Below, piece by piece: positions 1 through 19,735 of a DNA stretch of 64,000 bases. The notes beneath the pieces were generated by a model that was not told the origin of the DNA, ran no database searches, and saw nothing but the letters and a program-made list of their open reading frames with translations. Positions within the stretch are counted from its first letter, which is position 1. Each line of letters opens with the position of its first letter. Source of the stretch: Acanthaster planci (taxonomy: Eukaryota); assembly GCF_001949145.1 (NCBI RefSeq), contig NW_019091361.1, positions 3,435,854-3,499,853 on the forward strand. Direction: 5' to 3'. A program made the position numbers and the translations under genes.

Positions 1-262
1 TGTAACACTGGTGCAGGTGTAACACTGGTACAGGTGAAACACTGGTACAGGTGTAACACTGGTACAGGTGTAACACTGGTGCAGGTGTAACACTGGTACA
101 GGTGAAACACTGGTGCAGGTGTAACACTGGTACAGGTGAAACACTGGTGCAGGTGTAACACTGGTACAGGTGAAACACTGGTACAGGTGTAACACTGGTA
201 CAGGTGAAACACTGGTGCAGGTGTAACACTGGTACAAGTGTAACACTGGTACAGGTGTAACA
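1..262. repeat. 17-bp minisatellite (TGTAACACTGGTACAGG), about 15 copies, cut by the window edge
   Basis: Direct tandem copies with two variable positions (TGTAAC/TGAAAC and GTAC/GTGC). Confidence 0.95.
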
Positions 263-3200
263 GTCAGCTATGGTAATAAATATCAGTATATATAATATTT
301 ACAAAGTACAAAGGCAACAGCTATGTATATGTATATTTGGTTTGATCTTAAGAAAAGTGTTAATTAAGCACTAACAGTTTTGGAAAAAGCCACATAAAGA
401 CAGGCAAATGTTTAATTTAATAGATGCACTTGTCTAATGCTGAAGCACTGAATGCCATAACTTGTTCAAATCCATGCATTTTTTTACTATCAAAATATAC
501 CTCTGTGTATAGATCCATGCTTCTACATGTAGCAAACACTGAAGAGAAATCCTCACTGGCATTTTTACAGGCCTGTGCCTATGGTCTCGTAGCAAGAAAC
601 GTGCAGTGCTGCAGACAAACGTTTGACCGTGCAACGAGACAATCTCTGAGTGACTAAGCTGTGGCTTGAAATTACACATGACTCTATGGGTAAAGGCTGC
701 AACCACTAGGTAGACTCATGTGCACTTTCAACCTGCAGCCAAGTAATTTGGACACAGCCTTGTTACTCGGCTTCTCCTGGACAGTACACAAGCACCAACG
801 CAAGCCAGTGGCTACAGCTATTTGTCACAGCCCCGTGTTGTTGCTGTCCACATAGGATGCTGCCTCATGGGCATTCACCTGCTCTGTGAGATGGTATACC
901 CACGGCGAATTGTCTTGAGAAGAATATGGAACATTCGGAAATGTTCCCTTTGAAAATACCACCTGTCCATATTAGACAGTGCACTTGTCCTACCTGCATA
1001 AACCTACGCACACTGTGAATGGCAGATAGCACACCAGTATCTATACAAAACATTCTGTCTGATCAGCTGCTGATCAGACAGCTGCTGGGCTTGGAAGTAT
1101 GAGTAGATAGCAACACCTCCCCCTAAAAGGAGAAATAAATGAAGACCCACTCTCTGTGATGGTACTGAGTACCAGTAGGTACATGATCATACTCTGGGCA
1201 GATACTAACACTCTGCCAATATGTGCTGTACATGTAGGTACTAAATCATAAGCTGTGAAATACATGTACATGTAATTCTGAGCAATTTATAAACATGATT
1301 ATGTGGAATTTGAGCTGCTGCATACATTAAGCCTGTATTAGCTACTTTTCTCTTTGCAGCTCGTAAAATTTACCTAAAAAACAGTGTAAGACCCAATATA
1401 CTAGTATCTTGATAATGTCTGTCACTGTTTTAAATTTGGTGTAAATGCACCACAAATAAACCATGGCCAGCCTCTTAGTTACACGACGCCACTTTCCAGA
1501 ATGCATCACTTGATCTACTGCTCCATGGATGCAGCCATCTTGGTACAAAGCACTGTGGTAATGCTTTTTAACGGGCGATGGGCGTCCCTTGTGCCCTGCC
1601 ACTAACATACATGTCCCACAATGCTTTCGCGCCAAGCAACATTTGGCAAAGATGGTGATAACTGAAGCAGCAGCTGAACTTTAAACGTCTATTCACAATT
1701 TAAAAAGGTTCAATATGTCTACCTTTCAGGTTGACTTCCAGAAGTCCAAACCTGCTTGGGTCTTTTGTTAATATTACCAGGGCTGAGTTGCAGTCACATC
1801 AATTATAAAACACTTGTTTTAGCATTACCTACAAACTGGGAAACATGCAAATCTTCATTGGAACAATTATTAAGAATGTGTTTGTCCAAAATGGTACATG
1901 TACATGTAGTTCCTCGACAAGCACCATAGCATATTCTAAAATTCCTGAAAAAAAATTACTTTTGCTGATGGTACATGAATAAATTAGGGAATTTCACATG
2001 CAGCAGGGGCATATTGAAACCACTGCTGATGAAGTGTGACACTCAAGTCAGGTACATGAATGTTGAAAAAAGTTACAGGAAAGCCTTTCGTCCTTGTTGC
2101 AAACATTGCCAATGTTGGTGAATAGTAACACAGTTCAAGCTAGTGGAACGTTATGCAAGTATTTCACTCTTTTACATACTTAGTGATTGAACAGTTAAAC
2201 ATGGCAAATAAAGACAAGTAAGTTGACTTTCCCCATATCTTAAAATGTCAAAAACATAATATACAATTCATTACAGATATATCACATTGGGAGTGCATAG
2301 ATGAAAAGAATGCAATTTACAAAGTAAACCTTAGAGACCTGTAAAACTGAATTATACAAAGCAAAACACTGATTAACCTTGTATTTCTTTCACCTCTGCA
2401 TACAAACGTGTAGGGGAAAAACTTACATTAAATATCAAGTTTGAAAAAAATGATGAAAATCAATGGGGTGAGTTTATCCTTTCACAATACACTTCCTAGC
2501 AAATCTCAGTTCTGTACAGGCAAGATGTTGATGTTTCAAGCAGCCAAGTGGGAAACTTGCTGGATAATCTTTTTTTTTACAAGTTGTTACTTGCCTGACA
2601 AACTAGTAAAAAGTTGTGTGACACAAAGTTATTGAGCTGCAAAGAATTCAAATTTGAAACGTAAAAAGTACACTGGTAAAAAAAATGAAGTACACGCATC
2701 AACTTTTTGACAAAGTCGATACATGCAGGTTTTGATATAAATTACAAAACTTTTTGATTTTTTTTTCCTTCCCTAACCACACAGAATTCAACACCAGTAA
2801 AGTGTGTGAGTTTGTGGCATTGGGTACTGGTAGCTTGCTATCTCATGTTTAATTTTGTGTGAATGGGTACTGTGGACCTGCACATACCCTGTTGAATTTG
2901 GACTGAATGGGTACTGTGGCCCTCTGTGTTTTTGCCATCACTTTTTACCATCAAGAATTCCAAATGAGTGCTGTATTTTTAAAGATTATGTAATGATAGA
3001 AAGCTTCCCATTGAAATGGTATGAAGTACTGTATGTAATATTACATGTATGTAATAAATACCATAAGAGGACAATCTTCATTGTTTCTGACCACAATGAT
3101 CCCAGCAGCCGGGGATGGATATGCAGCATGATGGTGTGTTAGTTTGTTTGAATAGGTACTGCCTGTCCATACTCTTTGTACTGTGCAATGGGCCTGCAAT

Positions 3201-4491
3201 ACCCAATCAAACAAAATCACACAGGTAAAGACCTGTTGAAGTCTGTGGGATTGGGTACTGTGAGGTAAGAGTGTTTTTCCAAAGTATTGAAGTTTGTGTG
3301 TTTGGGGAAGGTTAGGTCTAGCAACCCTTGGGTGGTTAGATTTAATAAAAGATTCATCACACACTTTTAGATCAAAACAGACTGTAGCTTGCGCACAATC
3401 AACCAATCATTTTACTGCAAACTCAGAGGACAAGAAATTGTCTCTCTCTACGTTCTGATAACGCGCTCCCGTCTGCTGATCCCCTACACACACCTTCAAG
3501 GACGGTTCCGAACAAGAGATTCCGAGAACAAGAAGAGTGCTTTGTTTCATTTACATGTAGGTGTCTGTCTGTAGTGGTGATATGTGAACAAAAATTAACA
3601 ATAAAAACCTGCCACGATTTGACTTCTACATGTGGTGGATGTCCCCAGGCATCCCACTGAAGCAGTATTGTGGTGGAATCCATCATAAGTCCTGTAGTAA
3701 GTCCCCACACAAGTCCAGTCACAAGTAACAGGGTGAACAGTGACAAGGGAATGCTTTTGTCACGCTTCACTTAAACACATGTAGCTTGTAACTTTGCTTA
3801 TGACTGGAAGACTTGTGACGGACTTGACAACACCAAACCAAAATATTTGGTTCTTAATATACCTAAATCTCATCTGAGGAATGGCTCTGGTGTGAAAATA
3901 CATCACCAGCTTTAAAACTGCACTTCACACTACTATTACTGACCTATGCTTTAGCACCATTATTGTCTAGTGGGTTTGGTCATGTATGAGAAGTTTCATT
4001 AGACAAGTACCCGCACATGTACATGTAGCTACAAGAAAACTTGCTTGCTATAAGAATACAAGTGCCACAGTTCTATTAACAGTTGGGTACGTGACCCCGT
4101 CTTGATGAAACCATTCCTGAAGCACATTTCAAAACTTTACTTTGATAACCCTGGGAGCACTTCAAGTTGAACTTTTAGACGGTACAAGCACACGGATGTA
4201 ATTGCAAGCACCAAATCAAAGAAATTATTGTTCTTCTTATTTTCTCCTTTCCCCATTGTTTGAACTCTGAAATTAATCCAAGTACACTGGTATACCGGTA
4301 CATCTGATGTGACTAACATGTACAAATAGTCTGAGTCTGAATCTAATAGTCTTAATCTAAAAAACTTCCACTTTTCCTCTGTATCTGGTTTGATCAGCTC
4401 GTCTGAGTTATGCCACAAACATGAACATGAACACTTTGTCCGATTTCCAGGTTATTCCATGCAATGCCGACACTATGTCGGATCTGCAGGT

Positions 4492-4807
4492 CAAGTCCCT
4501 TCAAAAGACCAGTCACAAGTCCTTCCATAAGGCTAGTCACAAGTCCCTCCATAAGACCAGCCACAAGTCCTTTCAAAAGACCAGTCACAAGTCCCTTTAC
4601 AAGACCAGTCACAAGTCCTTTCAAAAGACCAGTCACAAGTCCCTTTACAAGACCAGTCACAAGTCCTTTCAAAAGACCAGTCACAAGTCCCTTTACAAGA
4701 CCAGTCACAAGTCCTTTCAAAAGACCAGTCACAAGTCCTTTCAAAAGACCAGCCACAAGTCCCTTTACAAGACCAGTCACAAGTCCTTTCAAAAGACCAG
4801 TCACAAG
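4492..4807. repeat. 24-bp minisatellite (TTCAAAAGACCAGTCACAAGTCCT and variants), about 13 copies
   Basis: Direct tandem copies. They produce the 8-aa periodic ORFs 4394-4804, 4421-4888 and 4464-4871. Confidence 0.95.
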
Positions 4808-5042
4808 ACCATCACAAGTAGCGGGAGGGACAATGACAAAGGAAGGCTTTTGTCCGAGTTCATTTCAATAGCTTGCGACTTGACTTAGGACCGGATGACT
4901 TGTGATGGACTTAGCGGGATTGACAATGGACTCCACTATGACAGTGGGTCATGCTACTGGTCCCAAAAGGATTTTAAAAACTTACATGCACATGTGACTA
5001 AAAAGCTGAAAGGAGTAAAAAACAAAGGTCTAACCATCCTGT

Positions 5043-5048
5043 TTTATT
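5043..5048 (-). other. Candidate polyadenylation signal (AATAAA) for PGPEP1
   Basis: First AATAAA I found on the minus strand, about 150 nt after the PGPEP1 stop codon. Use is not verified. Confidence 0.35.
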
Positions 5049-5194
5049 ATCTACAAAACACTTTCTTCAGGACAAAATAGAGGTATACATTTTCACCAAA
5101 CTGCTTGCTTTACGGCCACTGAAGAGCAAGAAGACAAAAACCCTACGATGAATAAAATTAAAACATACCAAGTCTGCAAACTGGACGGCCAACA

Positions 5195-8100
5195 TCACAA
5201 AATTTCACCTTTGGTCTGCCGCACCTGCTTGAGCATGCTGCGTATGGCGGCTCGTAACCCTTCACCCAGCTGGCGGGCGGAGTAAGGCTTGCCCAAGGGC
5301 GGGACGTGGATGAAGGCAGTCTGGGCACAGTTCTGGTAGAGGGAGATGTAGTAGACAAAATCGCACAGGTACCTTGGTCACGAAAAATAAAGACGGAAAA
5401 AATGAAAATCATTGAAACATGTCTGTGTAACAAGGAATTTTTTTAGCCAAGGTGCACAATTTTGGAAGATCACATTTTTATTAGTATCAAATTTTAATGA
5501 ATGATGTACGAAAAATTTTGTACGAGGACCCTTCACAGAAATAAAGACTAAAGTTAGTCTTTTCTATGACTAAAATGTGTGGAGGCTTGACCCCCTTGTA
5601 TTTTCACATAAAAAAATTAAATAAGTCTTCCGCTCAATCAATACAAACTGAAAGTAAGCTGTTATTGATAACATTAATCATCAACATTTTACATGAATAT
5701 TTTTGAAAAAAAAAAAGGAGGTGTTGGACCTACTTTCCGGCATTGTAAGACACAACTGCTTTGGTGGGACAGCTGTTTGAGTTGACTTCATCAGAGACGA
5801 TGGACATGTTGATTTGGCTAAGTATACAGTCAGGACCATCTCTAATACAACACTATAATAATCAGAAGAATGTTAGGGTAGGAAGAGAATAAAAATGACA
5901 AGAATGCATCGAGACCATTTGATTGGTTGCAGATTTCTACTGAATCATTGGCTTACTGTAGCAAATACTGCTATCTTGTTAGCCATGATGAGTGGGCACC
6001 ATCAAGCTGTCCCCCCCCCTCCCGTGTTTACTTCCACCTCTTTGTAAAAATATATAAGAGAGCAGTGCATGTATTTAGGATGTTAAACTCATCTGCAACC
6101 TTGGGAATGTGACTGAGAGGGCAAGGCATGAAAACATCTGGCGCACTGGACGATATGCTTTAGGATATTTAGGGTGAGACAGTCATAAGTATGCAGAGTG
6201 TGTGGCCGCGTCTGAATTATATGGCTCTGGCTGGAAATAATACGCCAATGGGAGTTGCTAGCCAGAGGCTGTAGCCACTTCCTAAAGTCTTGAGTGTGCT
6301 TGCCCCCACATACCAGCTCAGCCCCAGCCATGTTTACATGGACAATCCTGTTTTTTCTTTAAATAATAACCTCAATGAACACACTCATTTTTCTTTGCAC
6401 TGTGATCAACTTGTCATTTGTGGATGATTTCCCTAACTGTTCCTCTTCCTCCTACTACAGGTAACCCTAATCCCAAAAATGCCTCTGAAATCATTTTCCT
6501 GAATGGGGAAATCTGTCTCAGTCCACAAATGGTTCATACAAATTGCATTATGTGGACCTCTTGTATTCATGAATCCCCACTGTACATGTAGGTACTAGTG
6601 ATCCAGCTTTTGTAAAGATTGCTGTGCTGACCGCAGAGTGGACTCTCGAGTTGTGACTTTTAAATCGCTACAGCACCCTCCAGAAGTGCTGGGTTTTTTT
6701 GCGCGAAGATCCTACTGACGAAACACGTCAGAATTTCTCTCAATAATCCTCTGTTTTTTTCGGCTTGACAGTATTCGTTCTGCATCTTGATTCTTCTGAT
6801 ATAAATCACCTGTGAGTTTTGTTCTTGATTCAAGTCTTATTGTTATTGCAAACACCCTTAAAATCAACATCTTTGTCATTTTTTGTATGTTCTATATCAT
6901 GTCATCTGCCATCTTGTTGTTTCTGGGTATGTTCGCATATACCATGTGCGATGCTTGTTTTCATATTTAGTTTGCTCGTCTATATACCCATCCTTGATGT
7001 TATTTAGTTGTCTGCACTAAGGAGAGGTGACACAGAATATACTCCTCAGCTCTTAAGTATTAGTAACTGTTTTTTGAGCTTATTTAATCTTGTTGTTTGC
7101 TTAAGGAGTCTGTTGATCATTTGCCTCCCAGGTTACACCACATTTTGATCTTCACTTAAGAGGTCTATTCTTGGCAGCTTAGCTCTGCACTCTCGGAGGC
7201 TACGGTTCTGTAAGTTTTTACCCTCCAACGGTGTTACACATGTATTTCAGTTGATTTAGCCCGCATACTGTTAACCACTTGTCGAGATCTTGTTTCCTGA
7301 TTCTGTATAGATAATGTTGAGTTCAAATATTTTGTATTCGCCTCCACTACATGTACACTGGTTTTGTGTGTGTGTACTCGCTCATGTTCCTATTTTTTCA
7401 ATTAATTCATTCCTGGTCCACTTTTGTCACTGCTTTACACACTGGTATTCAAATTGTTCTTTTGCTGGATCCTTTCGTATGTTATTTTACATAAGCCAAT
7501 TTGTTTCCTGCATTACTTATCAGTGTCACATTTGACCTTTGTGCCTCATTGGTTTAGCGGATGTTAATTATTTGCACATGGTGTTTATCCTGCTAATTTA
7601 CAGTTTACCATATGCGAGATTATCATCAAATATAAAATTTCAAGACCCGAATCCAATGTCTTGCGTGCTGGTTGTCTATTGAGTCCCTGTTACTCGCCGT
7701 GGCCAGAATAATTGGCTATTTTGATAATTATGAAGAGCCCCACAGTTTGTTACAGCATCCATAACTTTCCATCAATGCAACGTTAACTGACAACAGCTGA
7801 AGCAGTCTGACTACAGTCAGACTCTATCTAGAGTTGATTACTTTGTGTCAAGGGTCAAAGAACTCTATACAGGTGCACATGTCAAGTGCAAAAGGAACCA
7901 CAGAATAACTAGACAAATGATCCCATTTGGACATTGAACACAAAGGGGCAGGTTCTTCTAACACTTCTCCAGCTTGGACTGCGTCAGGAAACTTACTTTT
8001 GACTTTGGAACGAGGAAACTGACATCGGGCTTGTCGTAGCCCGTGTTGTGTGCCTGCTGCTCCAATGTGAGCTCCTTTGCTATGCCTGACACACCCACAT

Positions 8101-11078
8101 GCACCATAAGCTACAGGCGAGGACAGAAAGTGAAATCAAACCTAATAAAATCAAGTGCTAATTGACTTTCCACAGAAAGGTGTAGGCGCAAAATCACGTT
8201 TTAAAATTATATCAATGCATTGTATCAGTGATCCTGAATACATGTACCGTGAACAAGTACATTGCAGTTTGGACAATATGGCAAGTTCACTTTTAATTCA
8301 CGTCCTTTTACTGAGACATCAGTATTGTTATTTCTTAAAATATGATGAAATGCTGTTCTGCATTCCAGTGACCCCCCCCCCAAATAAGAAGCTTACATGC
8401 AGCAGCATTTATAATGCAGTATTCGTGAGGACAGAACGAAAAAAAATGTGGCCCAGAAATGCGAACTCCTTTTAAATTTTGATAAGCCATAACCACCTCC
8501 GAGCCCTCTGAGGCTTCCATTGCTACAGCAAACCATGGCGACTTTTTGGTGCTTTAAAATAGAAACGATCATCATCACGTCCCATGTGTGTGCATTAGGA
8601 GTGGCAGGATAACTGTCTTAAACTGTGCAAAATCCATTTTTTTTTAGTTTGGGATGAAAAACTGAATGGATGTTTCCCTATTGGTACTGTAAACTTTATT
8701 CAAAGTTTTAGTGATAAACTAGGGAAGAATCAAGATCTTCCTTGCACAAATCTACCGACAAACATTGTTCAACAACAGCTCTCTTCTCTGTGGCATCAGT
8801 GCTTCTCTCGTGAACATAAAAACCCTTATTATTAGCAAATCCACATGCAAGAAATAAATATACTCGTACACAGAATTCAGTGAAATTGAGTCAAGTTGGT
8901 ATGAGTTTTGTTTGACAGATATTTCATAGGATTGTTGGTATACCCTAATGTAATGCAGCCCCTAATGTGGTGTACAGGGTACTTTGAATTTTCACATCTA
9001 GTGCCTTGCAAAAGCATTAATTTTACCTCAAATATTACAAGTGAAATGTTATCAAGCTCTCAACATTCCCATTGATAAATCTTGAGCTGACTTACGTGTC
9101 CCTACCGGTACTACAAAGTTCCAATGAAAATCTGGTTCGGCTTAACTTCCTAATTTTTGTGTGAAGCTCACAACAAATTCTGAAAATGCACTAAAAAAAA
9201 AAAGATTTTCTTACACTGTACAGGTTGGACATGTGAGTGGACTCAATAATAATCTATTAGACTTTATCAACTTTCAAGAAATTCTTAAATATAAATGTGG
9301 GATTTTCCTTAGATTCCTCCAAGTGCGCCATGTTACGACACACTCAGTTGAATTTGTGCCCGATTTTCTGATTTGATTCTGATTTTGAATTTCGGACTAC
9401 ATTCATGACGACGAAATTGCTTCAAAAGTACGTATCAAATGGTGGCACCAGTATCAATCGGAATGAATTTGAAGTACCAGTATTTCAACAAAGATGTTTG
9501 CCAACACTACATGAGGAAAGTCGAGGAACATTTTGAAGTATGCTGTGTTGGAGAACTTACATGCATGGATTTCAGAGATTTCTGAGCATATTACTGTCTG
9601 ACATGATGTCCTTTTGAAAACAATCTTAACGATTCAGAAGTCTGCAAGAAACTCACACAAGGGTCGTATTCTTTCCAGAGCTGTGGTACCAACTTCTTAG
9701 CTGTCTCGTACTCCACTGCAATCTCAAAGGTGATGAGCTCCACGTCTTCATCTTCCAACCCTAGCCGGTCCAACTCCTGCACCGCTGACCAACTGGCGTT
9801 CACTTTGTGCTCCCAGAAGGGACCAAAACCTTGACGGAGACAGAATAAAACATTGGTACAATTCAAATGGGAAAGAGTTTTATAGGCATTATTTAACAGC
9901 CTGTGCACAAACCCAGTGAGACTGGTCTGAAAAATTCTGTGTTTTCTATGGAAATGCCTCAATATTTTCCTACTGAATTTGACTCTATAGGACATGTTAA
10001 TAGTGATGGCTGATAAACTACTACTGGGAAAATTAGTGATGTTCTCATATGGAACTCTTTCTTTCAATCAACTAATCACTTATTTTGTTGCACATTTCAA
10101 GTTCTTTCAGTACATAGTCTAATCTTAGAAAAAAAAATTCATTTCTTTGCAAACTTGATCCCAAGAATGACTGCAATTTAAACCCAGTACTATTGTTACA
10201 CCCCAACTATAGCATCTGTCCCAACTACAGCTGGGACAGTCCTAACTGTAATGCTGCAGTCGGGCTACCCCAACTGTTGTTGACCAATTTCTGTAGAAAA
10301 TTTTCAAACCTTATCCAAGTTTATGCATCTCACCCTTGACACAATTCACCTAAAATATGGCACTTCATCTATGACATGACATGGTAAACAATATGATTGG
10401 GCAGGCCCAACTATAGCACTCAAGTTGGGACGGGCCCAACTATAGTTAGGATTGATGCTGTAGTTGGGGTGTAACAATATCAACGTTCTTTGAAGGGGAT
10501 GCACAATACACTAAGATACATGTACAGTATGTATATGACACTTGTAAACATGACAAATTAAAACATTTGGTGAAAACAACAGCTATAATATTAAAAGACC
10601 CACAAGTAACAAAAAAAGATGCAATGCAGGGCAAATGCAGTTTGGTTGCATCATGGAGGGCGGGAAGGACATTCCTTGATAGTTGCATAAACCTTAATTT
10701 ACAGGTCATGGCATTATGTCATTATGTTTAAAGACAAAGTTTATGCTTAGACCCGGTGACAAGCCACCTTCAGGAATATCATTGGGCCAATGACATGAAG
10801 ACAGAATAAAATGAGACTTTCCGGGGGGGTATACGCAGCTAGCTGTTGCATGTACTGATGTAGCCTATGCCAAACACAGGCCAAATGGTACTCGAAACGA
10901 CTTCCGAACATTCTGCATCACGTTCACGATTCATGTGATTAAGCCGATATCATTTTGTGCAGATTACAAGCTACATAAATAACTCTGCATATGCATTCCA
11001 AAATCTACTGAGCAAGGTGAGAAAACTTCAAAACAATTCTGTCTCACCAGTTACAACTACGGTGCTTTTTTTCGGCAT
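5195..11078 (-). CDS. PGPEP1: Pyroglutamyl-peptidase I (peptidase family C15), 5 coding exons, 204 aa
   Basis: complement(join(5195..5372,5734..5852,7997..8110,9657..9829,11048..11078)). All introns are GT-AG, phases are consistent, total 615 nt. Translation: MPKKSTVVVTGFGPFWEHKVNASWSAVQEL...LMVHVGVSGIAKELTLEQQAHNTGY...CCIRDGPDCI...YNAGKYLCDFVYYISLY...AFIHVPPLGKPYS...KGEIL*. The family motifs TGFGPF and HVGV and the Glu/Cys/His catalytic triad are present. Confidence 0.96.
9919..10056. repeat. Dispersed repeat fragment, copy A (copy B at 14837-14986)
   Basis: Both copies share AGACTGGTCTGAAAA...AATTTGACTC...AAAATTAGTGATGTT...TATGGAACT in the same orientation. Confidence 0.7.
10191..10479. 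mobile_element. MITE with terminal inverted repeats in PGPEP1 intron 1
   Basis: TATTGTTACACCCCAACTATAGCATC ... GATGCTGTAGTTGGGGTGTAACAATA, with internal CCCAACTA subrepeats and TA at both ends (possible TA target-site duplication). Confidence 0.8.
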
Positions 11079-11773
11079 GTTTCTCTTCTTGAAAATAAAA
11101 GCCACAGATCAGCTGTTGTACCAGTACAAAGTGGCCTTTGCGTTGCTTGATTGATGGATTTCGTATAATTGTCAAACGTTCCCAGTGTTTACTTCTATGT
11201 TGGTCTCAGTGGGACCGGAGAAAGGCGCTTGATTTGCCTAAATTCTGATTGGCTCCTATGGAGAACACTTGGTCCCTCGCACGCATAGAGTTATATAAAA
11301 TCGCTCTATCCTCACACGTCACTTGCTGAGCTTTTGTCATTACTCAAACCCGCACTGCCTTGTCCCATGTTGTCGAGTTGTGTGTTGTCGTACATGTACA
11401 TTAGAAGCACTTTCTATTTAATACGCCGTCAAAACGAGGTTGAAATTCACTTCGCCTATTTACCACTGTGGGGACGAAGTTGTGGAGATTGTATTTATTA
11501 AACTAGTTCCCCTCCCCTTCACAGTTTTTCGCTTTGGTCCCCCATTTCATTACTTACTGATTGAGGCTATTCCAAATCGGCCACCGTGAAAAATGACTCT
11601 GGAAGAAAAAGACAGTTGCTGCATGTTTAACAGGTGCTGTGAGAAACCCCATCTTGTCCCTGAAACGGCAATCGAATGTTTGAAATTCCGTGAGGGCACA
11701 CCCTTTTCGTATACGTCGATTGAGACAAGTTTACTATTTGTTATACCGCCCTCGTTAGTTATCATTTTGCATC
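11079..11773. promoter_or_regulatory. Shared divergent promoter and 5' UTR region of PGPEP1 and CDK7
   Basis: 695 nt between the divergent ATGs. Locally CpG-richer, with reverse CCAAT (ATTGG, 11248-11252), TATA-like TATATAAAA (11292-11300) and an ACGTCA half-site near 11316. Function of the individual motifs is inferred. Confidence 0.65.

Positions 11774-19735
<7,962 letters not shown>

Noticed and set aside
1..262. CRISPR-like appearance of the regular repeats (also 4492-4807)
   Set aside because: Units are contiguous with no unique spacers, there are no cas genes, and the context is eukaryotic.
4394..4888. Three overlapping 135-155 aa ORFs with 8-residue periodicity
   Set aside because: They are explained by the stop-free 24-bp minisatellite, and there is no splice or homology support.
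6780..7560. Strand-biased stretch in PGPEP1 intron 3 that might be a decayed retroelement ORF
   Set aside because: Many stops and no recognisable RT or endonuclease motif in the parts I translated.
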